Positions 24,730-39,407 of a stretch of DNA of 64,000 nt are shown in pieces. The position numbers were made by a program, and so were the translations under genes. Position 1 is the stretch's first letter; every line of letters begins with the position of its first letter. Source of the DNA: Epiperipatus broadwayi (Eukaryota > Animalia > Onychophora); NCBI GenBank assembly GCA_028023455.1, contig JAQFVV010000009.1:1116001-1180000 (forward strand), given 5' to 3'. The notes under the pieces are model-generated. The model was given only the letters and a program-made list of their open reading frames with translations. It made no database searches and was not told the origin of the DNA.

Positions 24730-27700
24730 GATGCATTGTGGCTTCTCCATTTTTGGAGTCAGGAATCGCTCAGTCTCTATTTCCAGAGAAAGGAGTTAGA
24801 CACCTTATCTTCTGTTTCCATTCACCACCCTAAGTTTTCCCATATTCTTCTCTATCTTGCTCCATCCCATTTCCACAACATAATCTATGTCAAGACCATG
24901 GTCTTTATAGCTAAATCCCCCTTATCTTTTCCCAAACCCAGCATAAAAACCAAGAACCCACTTTCTGTATAATCACTTTGTTTATATTTATTCTTCCACA
25001 ACTTCATTATCTGTACCCTTTCTGCTTGCAGGCATTTACATTCAATTAACAGATGGCTAATATTTTTTATGTCTTCCTTATCCAACTTGCAGACTAAATC
25101 ACCCACAGTTTTCCATTTATGTGTATATTCCTTTGTTGCTAAAGATCCTGTTCGAGCCTTAAACAGTAAACTACTTCCCTTGCTATTATCATAAATTAAT
25201 TCCCACCCAACATTCTGTTTATTTTTATATATATTTAAACTCTTTTACTCTCTATACTAATTCTCCAACTCTCCAACTCCCTATTTTTTATTAATGCATC
25301 TATTTTTCTATCCCATTCCCTGCCACTATAACACCAACGATTCTCCTAACACAATCATCCCACCTTTTGTATAAGTATAGTGACATAAATTCTTTATCCA
25401 AATCTTCTGCATACCATACTACTGTTCTCACCCATCTTGTTGCCTGTCCTTCACTCAGAAACTAATTAAATACTATTTTGCTATTCTCTTATTATCCATA
25501 GATTGAAATCTACTGAACATTTTCATTTTGCATCTCTCATATAAAAACTTGACTATCACATTTCTCCTTGAATTGCTTCCTTTGCCATCCACATATCTGC
25601 ATCTAATGCATATCTTCTGACTTCTCTTGGTACTTTTTCAACACCCGTTTACTAACACATAACACATCATTACCATATGTTAACCCTGCTACTGCCACTC
25701 CCTTTCATACAATTCAGCTATATCATAATTTATTATATGAAAACATTGATAATTTCTTTATCAGCCCCTTTCTTTTCTTTGCTTTATTTATCAATTTTTT
25801 CTCCCATTCATCCAAGCAATTTCTCTGATTACTTAAGATAATTCCCAAATAGTTATACTTATTCACCACATTTAACTTTATATCCCCCAATAAAAATTTC
25901 TTTCTCTTCTCTTTCCCGGTATTAATCAGCATTACTTCACTAAATTTAATCCCCATCTCTTTACTCATCCTTGTGCATGCCTTTAACATAACTTCCATAT
26001 CTTCCCTACTTTCTGTGCACAATAAGACATCATCCGCAAATAAACGACCTGATAATATATACACTCCCTTGCCATCTATTAATAATATTTCTACCCCTCT
26101 TTCTATTGCTTTCTCCATTTCTTTCAAATACAACAAAAACAAAATAGGGCATCCTTGCTTTAATCCCACCCCATTTTTAACTTTAACTGATTCTATATTC
26201 CTTAATTGATATGTATTGTAATAATTTTCATACAATCTCTTAATAAAATCTACTAAAGCTCAATCCATTCCCAAATTTACTAAACTTACCCATAATCTAT
26301 TTCTATTTATTCTACCATATGCCTTCTTTATATCTATGAAATATATATATAACTATCTACTTGTATTTCTACTCATATCTATAAGTTATGTAACTACAAA
26401 TAAACTATTTCCTATAGATCTATCCAATTGAAAATCTCCTTGAATTTTCCCACTATATTATTTTCTTCCATCAATTTTGCGACTCTTCCAGCTATCTTGT
26501 ATACCAAAACTTTATATAACACTGATCGGTCTATAATTGCTTCCTTTCCTTTAAATAATAGTCTCACTCTTGTATTATTCCAACTATCTGGAAATTCTCT
26601 CTTCTGTGCAATTTTATTAAAACATGATAATAGGTTTAATTTTGCCCTATTTCATAAATTCATTACTACCTCTGCTGCCCATCCATCTAAACCTCTTGTC
26701 TTTTCACTTTTCAATTTCTTCCCTACCTCATTCAATTTATTTTCTGTGAATCTAATATGTCCATTACTATATGCCTTTATGTTTGTTATCACTCTGTCCT
26801 TCACATCTTACATCTTTTCTATATCTGTTACATATTGTTGTCTAAAACCACACACTATTCCCTCATCATCTACTAATATTATTTCTCTCTCTCCTAGATT
26901 CCTTCCTTTAATGAATTTCCAAAATTTTTGATTCCCATCTCTTATACTTTTATTAATATCCTCCAACAATTTACTATTTAATTTCATTCTCTCTCTATAA
27001 TTATCTATTTTAACCAACTTCTTCTTTTAAAAATACTTTTCCCATTTAACATTAACATCTTTTTCACTTTCTTTGTTCTTAATAGTACACTTATTTCTCT
27101 GCATGCTTTTTGCCTCTCTTTTACACTCTCACTTTTCTATTACTTTTATTCTTTTGAATATTCTCATCTAAAACCTTATTTGCCACTTTTCTATTTCACG
27201 ATACCAGTCCTTATATTCATCACCAACCAACTCTTCCATGATTTCTTCAAATTTTATTTTATATTCTTCTAATTTATTCTTATCATTCATTCTCCATCCA
27301 TATCTTAAACCAGCTTTTCTACTTTTATTATGTTTTCCATCACATTACTAATCAATAAAGAAATCTATGATCATTATTACATTAGAATTACTGTTCAATA
27401 GCATAGCTTCTACCTTTTCTAAACCAATCTGATCTTTAGACAGTAACATATATAATCTATTAGAAATTAATCTACTTAAATCCTGTTTACTACCTTAGTT
27501 ACCTGGATGATTAAACTAATTATTCTAAAATCGTCTCATAGCATTTTCTTGAACAGAATAACACTTAAAATGTAACAGTTACTCACCTGAGTCATACATA
27601 ACATTAAAAATGTTAATCCGTTCTCTCTTAGCCTGGAATCTTATCAAGACTATCTCTTTGCCTTTCCATTTAAGATATGTCTTATGTTTTTCAAATTTTC

Positions 27701-27760
27701 CATTATTATTGTCTTGATGCAATTGAAAGGACAAAGCTTTTATAATGGGATGATTATCTT
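24730..27760 (-). mobile_element. 5'-truncated non-LTR retrotransposon (APE remnant, RT, C-terminal CCHC)
   Basis: ORFs 26808..27017, 25723..26235 (GLKQGCP, LFADD, KYNYLG) and 24885..25106 (C-K...ISHLLIEC). YIDIKKAY motif near 26320-26345. Confidence 0.92.
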
Positions 27761-28039
27761 ATTGATCAAATAATTCATAGTTTTATGACATTTCATAATT
27801 TTAAGTCTAAAAATTTAAAATGCTACTGTTTAACCTACTGAGATTGTTCAAATCTATGTAAAAAATAATAATTTTAATTTATAATTTTATGTCAAATTAC
27901 ATCTGACAATTTATAATTACTATCAATTTTAACAAAATCCTGAGCATAAAAAAGTCTCAGTAGTAAAATTTAAAAAAAAAAGACTAGACAGAAAAAAGGT
28001 ATCATATTCACCTTTAAATAATATATAATTTTTGTTGTT

Positions 28040-29315
28040 ATGAATATGTTGAATATTCACCTATTGTTAACTTTGCAAAAAACTTTACAGCTGCCATATC
28101 ATCTTTCTATAGCAAATTACTTTGGGATAGAAAAACCGTAGCCATTTCTATCAAACAACTCAGTTAACCAATTTTACGAGATGGTCTGGGATTCCACACA
28201 CAAAAAGCAATAAACCTACAGGCAAAAATTACTGCAAGATTTCACCAGCTTCAAAGCCTCGACATAATCTCTACAAATCGTCCACTCCCTGCATTTCGAT
28301 ATCTTGTATCATTAGCATACTCAGCACAGATTAATATCAGAACTACAATGCTCACATTTGTTAGCAAGTACACATACTGGCACACATATGAATTGATCAA
28401 CCTAGCCACAAACAATCATAAATTTAGTTCAATGCTGGGAGTAAATAACAAGCAACTCCTTAAAAACATCAGGAAATGGTCCAATAGAGCTGAAGTTTTT
28501 TGACTTCTTGATCAGACTAAACTTATTTGCACTACCAACATCCTATTTCTTAAACTACCATTACCATTATAGGTCAATAGATCCATTCTGCAACTTATGC
28601 CATGATGCTGAAGAAACACAACAAAACATATATTACAATTGTACAGCACTAAATAATACGTGAGACAACATGCCGAATCAATATAGAACAAGACAAATTA
28701 TATAGCAGCTAACAGATTTTGCACATAGAAAGACAATCCCTACAGCATGAGCAGAAATCTTTGTTCTCTATGCATTTTGGTGCACACAATATATATTCAG
28801 TCTGGGCAATAACATCAGACAAAATCCAGCAACATTTTACAAACAAACTATAGCAAATAAGAAACAGATTCAGGCATCTTTGTGGCCATCTAATCGCTAT
28901 TAAAATTACAAGCCTACTTATAACAACGTGCAACCAATAGCAGTTATATAAACACAGCCTATTCAATCAAAACCAATGAGGAATAAGGAACTAGAGACAA
29001 TATGAAATGTTGATACACAGCGAATGAATAAATTAAAACTATTGACCAATGAAAAGAGCCAATAACAGAATATGAACGAAAGATTGAAGAAGGGATTACT
29101 CTAACCAATAACAAGATCACAAACTAATGCCAGTAAAAATTAAACAATGATAGCAATGCCAAGAATATCGTAAATTAACACCTCCATACCTATGTAATTA
29201 GCAATGAAAATAAAGTGAAAACAAATATGTAAAAATCATCATGCCACTGTAACCAAGGCATAATAAGCATGTAAACATCATGTAACCGTTGTTGACAATA
29301 AAGTACATTATTAAA
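28040..29315 (+). mobile_element. L1/Tx1-like LINE 3' fragment
   Basis: LPILRDGLGF, QAINLQAK and DPFCNLCHDAEETQQ.IYYNC zinc knuckle, followed by a 3' UTR-like tail. Frameshifted. Confidence 0.7.
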
Positions 29316-30566
29316 ACACATATTTACCTTTAAAAGGATTGAATGAAATTAAGATTACTTAAAAAAAGAGAGATTGCACAGAAAATTATAATGTTCTTTA
29401 TCACAAAGATATAAATTTAGATGTACAGTATACTGAAGAATTTACAATCTCAAATACAAAAATCATTTAGAGGAGATAGTTAAATGTGATAGAGAAAAGG
29501 GGAAAATACTATCACAAAAGTTTTGCTTATTATTAATAAGATATTTTTAGCTTATTGTTAATATTTTATGATTTTATGCAATTATTAAAGAAGGTGAATT
29601 ACATTCAGTTAAAAGTATGCAGAATTAATAAGGTGATTTTGTACTACAGATCATTTAAAGTAAGCATTTCAAAGAAGCAATGATTATTAACTTTTTTATT
29701 CAAAATGCCATAGTGACAATAAAGTTATAACAAATTTGCAAAAAATTCATGGTAGAGAAAATTAAATAGATATATAAAGTTATTTGTTGCACTATTTCTA
29801 TCTATTAGTTGAAATGTTAAATGCTTTTAAAAAATTAAAATTATTTTTCTAAATACATTCAACTATTAACATATAGGTTAGTATAGAATACAACATTTCA
29901 AGTAATAATATTCTCTTTTCTTGTTCAAATATTGCTGGTCTGACTAGCGACAGTCTAGTATAATAACTGAATTGGTAGTCTGTAGATTAATGAATACTAA
30001 GTTTAAAGTAATACTCCAACCAACTATCCTATTTTACCAAAGGCAGCAGAATTAGATTATTACTGGTTAGTTATCAACACTTGATGAAGATAAAAAAAAA
30101 AAACAACAATATCATTTAAAACCTTGTGTTCTATATTAAATTATATGTTATTATTAACAATAAAATGTATTTGGAAACAGAAAAAAGTTTGAATTTTTCT
30201 AAAACATTTAAAATTCAACAAAATGATGGAAATAGTCCAAAATGTAACTGTTAAAAAATGCTATTATTATAAACTTTAGGTACAATATCTTCAAAATTAT
30301 TTTATGTGACCAAAGACTTAGATTTAAAAAAAATCATGTCTCATAAAAAATAGTAATTAAATTATCTTGACAGATAATAGTATTATTATTGCAAAAACAC
30401 ATAGTAGTTTGCAATTAAAAATTTTTGAATAAAATTTAGCTATTTTAAATAATGGCTTAAAATTAATTAATCTTAATAAAACTAAAGAATTATTTGATTA
30501 ATGAAAGAAGTAGATAATTATGCATTTAGACAGATATTATCATCTAATGCAAAAATGTATTTAGAG

Positions 30567-31516
30567 CAGTGAATCTCAACCTTTTAGTATTTGGGATCCA
30601 ATTTTCCATATCAGCTTTGGGGGGGCCCCCCCCCCCCCAATGATTTTCTTTTGCAGTGATACATGGCAACAAGGCTAAAATTCTGCATGAATAGCAAAAT
30701 TACACTACATGTGGTAACAAATAAACATATAATGGACATGAATGACAACGTAAATGCTTTTTATAAAAAACTGGAATTATAGAACATAAACATAAGGCAA
30801 AAGAACTTGAAAAATATTTACAAATGTGAATTTTTTAACACCTATGCAATAGATGAGGAACACATTAAAGTTTTATTTGCAATTATTGAAAATCATTTAA
30901 CCATGTGGACTCAAAATTTTAGAAGTCATTTTATAACCAGTGAAAACTTAATAGTAAGATATGAGTAGATCAGAAATCCATTTCAAAATACTCCTGAAGA
31001 AAACAAGAACTATTTATAGATTTTGACAAGTGTCAAAATTAAAAGACAATTCAAGAATAAGCAATTGTTTGAATTTTGGGCCAAACTGAATAATCAATTT
31101 TCTACACTGAAAAAACATTTTGTATACTTTTACTTGTTCCTATATCTTACCTTTGCAAAAAAATATTTTCTGCAGTAGCTGCATTGAAGATAAAAATAGA
31201 TCTCAACTGAACACAGAACGAGAACTCAATTTCAAATATAACACCTTTTTATGAAAAACTTCAATCTGCTAGACAGGCTCAAGAAAGCCATTAATTTATG
31301 GGATTTTAAACAATATCAAAACATCTTTTATATTACTTATACGTATTTACTTATTAACAACAGCATACATCTTTCTTCTTTTAGTTTCAATAATTAGTTG
31401 GGTTTTTTAAAAAAATTTTTATCAATTTTTCATGTCTTTGAGCTCACCGTTTTATTATTTCATGCCCTTTCCTCCCTCGTTCAAGAGTAATGCATCCCAC
31501 AGGGTGAGAATCACTG
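30567..31516 (+). mobile_element. Internally deleted Buster/Charlie hAT with both TIRs and perfect 8-bp TSD
   Basis: CAGTGAATCTCAACC...GGGTGAGAATCACTG. TSD ATTTAGAG at 30559-30566 and 31517-31524 (nnnTAnnn). Transposase C-terminal remnants IRNPF, FEFWAKL, RQAQESH*. Confidence 0.93.
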
Positions 31517-32014
31517 ATTTAGAGGATTAATATTAAATCTTAAAAAATTTGTTCTTATATTTAAAAAAAAGAGAGTTTAAATTAACTGTATTATTCATAT
31601 TAGCATATGATTGTGAAACAATGGTCTTTGTGACATGCAAACAAGTATAAGGAGTTTTAAATATATTGACAACATTAAAAATAATAAAAAATAAAGAAAT
31701 AAAGAATAGATAGTGATATAGCAAAACTAGCTAATGAATTAAGATAATTATTTATAATGAGTACAATAGATATAAAGTGTATTCAGAAAAGATCTAAAAA
31801 GGTAATAAGATTAATAAATTTTCAGAATTATTATGAAAAAGTTTATGATAAAACTTCTATGAAATATTAAAGAGTTTTTTTTGTTCTACAGTAAGTTAAA
31901 TAATAAACTGATTATATAATGAAATAAAAAAAAATTAAATGCAATCATTTAAAAACAATATTCTCTTGCATTCCTAACTTTATATAATAACTGAAAATTT
32001 AGATTATATCTTAC

Positions 32015-32179
32015 TTCATCACATGCGCTATGAGCCATTCCACTATATGTTTTAAATGTGTGATTCTTGTTAAGCTGCCTAAGAACATCAGCAGTTTTCT
32101 GTCCCCAAAGAAATGGAACAATTGGATCACAATTTCCATGACATTGTAATGTGGGAGCTGCATGATTTCCTTTAGCTTC
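32015..32179 (-). CDS. LYPLA1: LYPLA1/APT1 exon with catalytic Asp and His (EAKGNHAAPTLQCHGNCDPIVPFLWGQKTADVLRQLNKNHTFKTYSGMAHSACDE)
   Basis: TTTTTAG|GAA...GAA|GTAAGA. 165 nt, phase 0/0, with CHG.CDP and G..HS motifs. Confidence 0.97.
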
Positions 32180-32319
32180 CTAAAAATACAATCATAAATT
32201 AATTTGTGTATATGTATATATATCAAGATTAATACTCAAACTACTGGTTTATTAAGTAAATGAAATACTCTCAATCCAAAGCATAAGACAAAACTTTTTT
32301 TTTCTAAAAAAAAGAGCAG

Positions 32320-32705
32320 AATCTTTGCTTTTTACCTCATTTTCTTATATAGAGACTTATCTGATGCACTTTGGAAAGAAAACATATTTTTAAAATCAAT
32401 CATATAACTTTTAAAGCTATTTTTTTAATTGATTTATTTTATTTTAAATGATATTTGTGAAAAATTTTCAATTTACACATTATCAATCAATACTGATTCA
32501 AAAAGTTAAATATGTAAACATAAGACATTTCATTCTTTGAGTCAGTATTGACAATTTGTAAATTGAAAAATTTCACAAATGTCAATTAAAATATAAATCA
32601 ATTTTAAAAAAGCTTTAAAAGTAGTATGCTTAATTAAAAAAATTCATGCTTTCTTTCTAAAGTGTTTCAGATAAATCTCTACATAAGAAAATGAGGTAAA
32701 GAGAG
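32320..32705. repeat. Foldback palindrome with arms of about 165 bp
   Basis: TTTACCTCATTTTCTTATATAGAGACTTATCTGA versus TCAGATAAATCTCTACATAAGAAAATGAGGTAAA. Confidence 0.85.
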
Positions 32706-33029
32706 AAAACTTTGTTATTTTCTCTAAAAAAGTTAATCGTGATGTATGTATATACATATAATATGGACAAATGAATAAATACTTTTATTTATGTGTGGAA
32801 ACTGTTGATCAGAATTTTTAGCAATTTAAATATATCTATCTATATATATATATATTAAAATGAATGTTTTCATAGAAAAAATTATGAATAAACTTAGTTT
32901 TTGGGTACCTTAGTAGCTGCTGAAGCTAACAGATATGCCAGCAGTTATTTAACTATTCCTTCTTCAGATAATGGCATGAGAGATTCAGATGAAATTTTGG
33001 TGCTATAACAATAAGGATATATCTATAGC

Positions 33030-35330
33030 CCATAACATCATGTAATCATATTAACAAATTTAAATTCTTTTGTCTTATAAAAATAATGGGTTACCATGTA
33101 TACATATAGGATGAATCATAAAAAAATTGAATGAGTATACACTCTTAAATTTTCATATTTTTATTTATTTAAATAAATGTAAAAATAAAAAAAATGATGC
33201 AAGCTTTTTGTTGTTTTAATTTTGGATTGTTAAAAACACTATTAGATTTTTTTTTTTATAATGTCAATTTAATAAGAACATGTTAAAAAAGAAATTTATC
33301 TAATTTTTTGTTAAATATATTTTTAATTTATAAAGCCTGTTATTAGAAGAAAAGTTTTTTGTAAAATGTAAGTTAATTAATTATCTGTGTACATGTAATT
33401 AAAAGATTGATGTCAATTTGTTATTTTAATAACATGCCTTAACTTGTTTCTACAATTTAGTCATTATAAAAATAAATGGATACTTCAATGTTTTAGTTTA
33501 AGTGAGCCACTACAGTTCAGTATTGGCAGTCAGCAACAGATTAAAGCTCAGAGGGGAGATGAGCAGATGACTGTTATAGCTGTTGCTAATACTTATGTAC
33601 TAATAATCAGCTAAATATCTTTGAATCATCTGTTGATTGTCCTATCAAGTAACACAGAAGTCATTAAAAGAAACTTCATATCATAATATTATACTAAACT
33701 TCACATTCAGGAGCAGAGGCTATTACTGGACTCTTAAAACACAGTCATGGATGATAAGGAAACAGAAATCTCTACTTGGACCATACATTCTAAAAGAATT
33801 TTTATATATAACCCAAGAAACAAATTATATGTAAGATAATCTTATTTGAACCAGATGATATTGTTTCACCTTCATAATACAAGTTAATTTACAGTATTTA
33901 TAATCTGCAGGAGAAAGAAGTAAAAAATAAAAAGTTAAAAGTTATGTTGTGAATTTCTTACTAAAATCCTGATGAATTTACTTCAATACAACCACAGAAA
34001 AAGGTATTAATAGAATTTTTAATAAAAATCTACAAATGTAGACCAAGCACATCTGCCCAGATGCATAACTTAAAATAACATGAATGCAAATCGGTGCATA
34101 GTGACCATGAAAGTACCAAGCAAATTCAAAACAAACAGAAGCAAGTATAATATTTAATTCAGATCTAATATATCTATTACTACAAAGCAAAACATGATGA
34201 AGTATATTAAATATATCTTCAAAACAATGAATACTAAATTATTTATTTTAATATTTAGATGATTAATTAAAGAATTACAATAATTACTTACTGTTAAAGC
34301 AAGAAATCCAAAAACATAGCACGTTCTTTATATTATATTTAATAATAAAGTATTACTTTATTCTTAATTTAAGCATTATTCCTGATGATTTACTAAATCC
34401 AACAGAAGCAACTGCCAATGGGACTATGCAAATAAAGTGTACAAGATAAAATTTGGCAGAATGTGGATAAAAACCAGTGACAAATGGATGCTCAATGCAA
34501 TTATCATCACTAACCTGATGTGATGCTGATTTATAAATGTAGGTAAAAAAAAACATCAAAAATAAAAAACACTAAAGGTAATTAAATATGATCTTATTTA
34601 TTTTAATCCCAAGGGGAATGAAATATAATACTTTGGTCCCATAACCAATATCAATTATATTAATAAATTTTAATTCTATATTAGCATAAATTCTTTTAAA
34701 ATATTATATTGTAGAATGGACAAATTTTATATTTTTATTTATTTAAATGTATGTAAAAAGAGAAAATAAGTTTTTTTTTTAGTTTTGAATTTTAAAATAT
34801 GCTATTAAATTTTAATAAAGTCAATTTAAAAAAACAAAAAATATGTTAAAACTTTCTTTTATTTAATTTTCTGTTAAGGAAAGACTTTTGTGAAATGTAA
34901 GTTAATTAATTGTATGACTAAATTTTTTAAGTGCATACAATTAAAAGATCGATGTTAGTTTGTTCTTTTAATAAGAAGACCATCATCTTATTTGTATTGA
35001 TTTGTTTTTGAAATTACTTGAATATTTTAATTTTTATCAATAGTTAGTGAGTTATTAGTTCAGAGTAATTTTGGCAGCCATTAGAAGGTAGATGAGTAGC
35101 ATAGTTATTATAAGAATTGCCTGTAATAATTATCAATTAGACACTTCTGGGTCATCAGCTGTTTGATCTGTCAATTGGCCTGTAGATTTATCAAAAGAAA
35201 CTTATCTCAACTTTAAATGATTAAGGAAATCCTGCTGAAAAAAACATTTCCACATTTCAAGCATGTAGAAAACTGCTTTATAATTTCAAAATCCAGGATT
35301 AATTTTATCTGAATTGCTGGCAGAAAATTT
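33030..35330 (+). repeat. Old diverged direct duplication (about 33030-33850 versus 34638-35330)
   Basis: Colinear shared blocks CCCATAAC, TTTTTATTTATTTAAAT, TGTAAGTTAATTAATT, AATTAAAAGAT.GATGT, TTGGCAG and ATGAT.AAGGAAA. Confidence 0.65.
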
Positions 35331-35847
35331 GAAACTCACCTATGTCAACATAATTATCAGCTATTATTTCATTGGAAGAATAAAAAGAAAGATGTCAAGT
35401 CAAATATAAAGACTGTACTAATAGATTATATTATTCTTGAATATTGCCAGCCAAAGAAACTTCTTTATTAAGTACATACTAAAAATACCTGCAGCAAAAT
35501 AAAAAGTGCTTTATTATTCTTTAAACTATTTGTTTAATTTGAAAATTAAAAATTTTGTCAATCATAAATTGTGTAATCAAAATTATGAATGTATTCATAT
35601 AAATACTACAAACTTGATTAATTAATTAATTAATATTAATTAAATATTATTTTTTGTTAGTTAAAATAGTTTTAGATCTTTTTCAATATAATATTCCTTC
35701 TATATATACATCTTGTGATTGACTAACACATTGAATTTATATTTTCAAAAGCTGAAAGAATTAATTACTTATAGAAAGTTCTGTAGTCTCGATGTAATGA
35801 ATGTAAAAATATATGCTCGTTATAGATTAGTTGTCATGTCTAGAAAA

Positions 35848-35857
35848 TAGATGGCGC
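35848..35857 (+). promoter_or_regulatory. CTCF-like motif TAGATGGCGC
   Basis: Matches the core of the bilaterian CTCF consensus and keeps a CpG in a CpG-poor window. A related TAGATGGCAGTAC lies at 5177-5189. Confidence 0.3.
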
Positions 35858-36359
35858 CTCAAATATAAATATTTTTTTACTCTAGGATTGTGCATAAGTA
35901 ATTTTTATTATATATACGCACACACATTTAATGTCATTCTGAAATTATTTTAATATAATTGCTTCATAAAAATGAATGATCATTTGATCATTATCAGTCA
36001 ATCTTTTTATATTGTTCTATTTTTGGCAGCTCAGTGTTAAACTACACACATATATATACAGTTTCTACATGATGATGTGAGAAGTATTATGAAATAAAAA
36101 TTAGTTGGACAGAGTTATGCATTAGATCCAACTTTTGTTTTTCTATTTTTATGTCAGTAATTTCTGAAACAGTTTATAGATGACTTCATAAAGCAGATTT
36201 CAAAAGTAATGTAGATTTGATGGTGAAGTTTCTAATTTATTGGAATAAAAATTTCAATTTCTGCCATTTAGACCTTAAAGTATGATATAAATCTATTCTT
36301 GATAAGTCCAAAGATGGTCTCCAGAATGTTTTTCATATTTGAATGTAATCTAAAAAAAT

Positions 36360-36520
36360 TTTGGCTTATTCAATTAATGTTGGAAAAACCTCAGATACTT
36401 TATCAGTCAATAATAAAAGAAAAATCTTCAGCAATTTTAAATATCTTGGTAGCATTTTATATAGAATGATGAACTTGGATATTTATGCTGCTGATACATT
36501 TAAAAAATTGAAAGGTAAGG
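36360..36520 (+). mobile_element. Short degenerate LINE RT fragment
   Basis: GL.INVGKT and NFKYLGSI remnants. Confidence 0.45.
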
Positions 36521-37113
36521 CATTTTAACATGGTGATATAATTACTTCTATTAAATAATGATTTTTTGAATCAAAATACCAATAGGTATTGTCCTTCAGC
36601 TTGTTAATTTGATAATAATGAATCTATTATTGCAAGTGCACTTCTTTAATGGATAGTGAATGAACAGTAACAGATTTCCTAAAAAAATATTTTACAGTAA
36701 ACTTGAGTATGGTTTTTATAGGAGAGGCAAATCCACTTGTATTATAAAGATTATTTTTGGCATTCTAAAAAGATATAATATTATTTACTTTCATTGGAAG
36801 GATATAGCTAAGATAGAATGAAAATAGAATACAGACATAAGAAGAAATTAAATTCCATCAAATAATCAGACTTTTGGACCAACATCTGACGGGTGTTGAT
36901 GTAATTCTAAGATTGATTTGTATAATCACCATAAAAACTTTCTTTTTATTTCTTAACTTTTTTTTTTTTAAAAAAATTAGAATGAAGTGCTTATTTATGA
37001 CTGGTCATTAGGTAAGAAAAAAAAATATTTTTTTTATTATTGATTAATAATGAATTGATAATACATTAGAATCTTGTTATTAAGAATGCAATTCAGCATT
37101 ATTATTATCATTA

Positions 37114-37368
<255 letters not shown>

Positions 37369-39407
37369 TTAAAAAAAAAAATAGTGAAAACTGTTTTTTA
37401 ACATTTAGATACAAGAGTATATAGGGCAAGTACCTATTTCTAAGCACTGGCCAAATTAATGTAGAATCATTTTCATTCACCAAGCTCTTATTTAAACTTT
37501 AGGTAATCAATAACATCAGTGAGCGAGAAATTTATATCAGCAAAAATAGCTTCAATCAAATCAACATATAATTTAATTTATAAGTCTATGATTTAAATTA
37601 CAAGTTGATTTGAATGAAGTTGTGTGATTATCTCATTGATATAAATTTCATGCTCATTATTATTCCCTGTCTAAATATTTACATAAGAGCTTGTGTTCAT
37701 AACATTAAATAGCTTTAATACCTGGAAGTTGCATTAATTTGATCAGAGTTTAGAAATAAGAATTTATCTCTTAATAATATTTACTATTATTTAATACTGT
37801 TTTGGAGAAAAACAAAGATCATAAATACAATCAATAAAAAATAAGAATTTGATTGTAAACAATAATTGTGAAACAAGGATTATTAAGAAAGTTAAGAAAT
37901 AAATAAAAATTTTAATGATGATAATGGACAAATTGAAAAATTAATACTTGTTTATATAAGCAAACAAAAATGAATATTGTTTTCTATACAGTATATAACA
38001 AAAATTCATTTGGTAACAATAACAATTTAAATAAGTTTTAATTTTTTCTTGACAGTTAAATTCAACTGGAGAGAAATCTTTTAAAAATAAGTATTCTCAA
38101 TTGGGAATTAATCAAAAACATTTCGTTTTTTCAGGTAATCACTGAGATGCTGTCTTAAGCTGATTTCAAGCAATAGATGTGTACATTAGTCTGTGACAAA
38201 ATTTAATAAATTGATTAATAAATAAATGAATGTAGCATAAATATATTATTTGAATTATACTTTTTTAAAAATAGTCACTACTGTAATAGAGTTAATTCCG
38301 TAATGCCACACTGCTATAATACTCATGTAAATTTTAGAGAAATATACAATTACAAAAGACATCAATCTCTAAAAATCTGGTATTTTTATGAGCTAATAGA
38401 AAGAATGCCTTTGATTATTGCATAATCTTTGTAGCATAAATAGCTGATTAACTTTAAGGAGAAGCCAAATAGTTGCATTCAGCAACCTCCTTTGATGAAT
38501 AATAAATTATCATTAATAAATCTTCAAATGGATATTCATAAACAACTGTGTAATTATTTGCCATCTACAGAGTAATAATTATCAAAATAGATATTGTGAA
38601 ATTTATATGATAGGTATAACTAAAAATTCTCAAAGTATATTTAGATAAGGTATCCATAAGAATTGAAACTTCTTCAAGAAAAATATAATAAAAAAATATG
38701 TTGCTTGTTAAAATTTTGAACATTCCAAGAGAAAGATCTTGCAGCATAGTAATCAACACATTTGCCACTTCCAGGATTAATTTTAGAAATTTTTCAGATC
38801 ACAAATAAGCTTACATTTCTTTCAGATAATTTATCCAAAAATAATCCAAAACTGGTTAGTAAATTAGATAGAAGTTATAAAAATCTGAAGATAAGAATGA
38901 GAAATCATACTTCTACTCATGGTTTACCTTTTTTTAAAAAAAAAGATATAAAACAGATGTAATTAATCTTTCTACTTATGAATTCATTTGCAAGTAGCGA
39001 TACTCCTCTTTAATTTTAAAAGTCACAAACTTAAGTACTGATTAAAGACTTTGGACACTATAATGGTAGTAGAACAATCTCCATGAACAAATTTTGATTT
39101 GTTTCATTTCTTTTGATAAATGATATTGATTGTAACAATCCAATAGTCAATTGTTATACTTTTTAAGCTATCATTCAATAAAACTTGAAATTTTAAATAT
39201 TCTAAGATTATAATCTTCAGGTTAATGGTGACTTCAGTAACAAATTAATTAAAGACGTTTTTGAAAAAATGGTAAAATTAAATATTCAATTAGACAGTAA
39301 AGACATCACACTTCAACTTTTGAAGTTCAATGTTTACACTATATATATAATTATAATAATTTATAGTGCTAAATATTTATATAATATTTTAAGATTAAAT
39401 TATTGCA

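Noticed and set aside
14427-30639. G/C homopolymer runs at 14427, 14660 and 30618-30639 as G-quadruplex signals
   Set aside because: Single slippage-type runs, one of them inside a hAT, and lengths may be sequencing-dependent.
32011-32226. 71-aa ORF in the track
   Set aside because: An alternative frame overlapping the real LYPLA exon.
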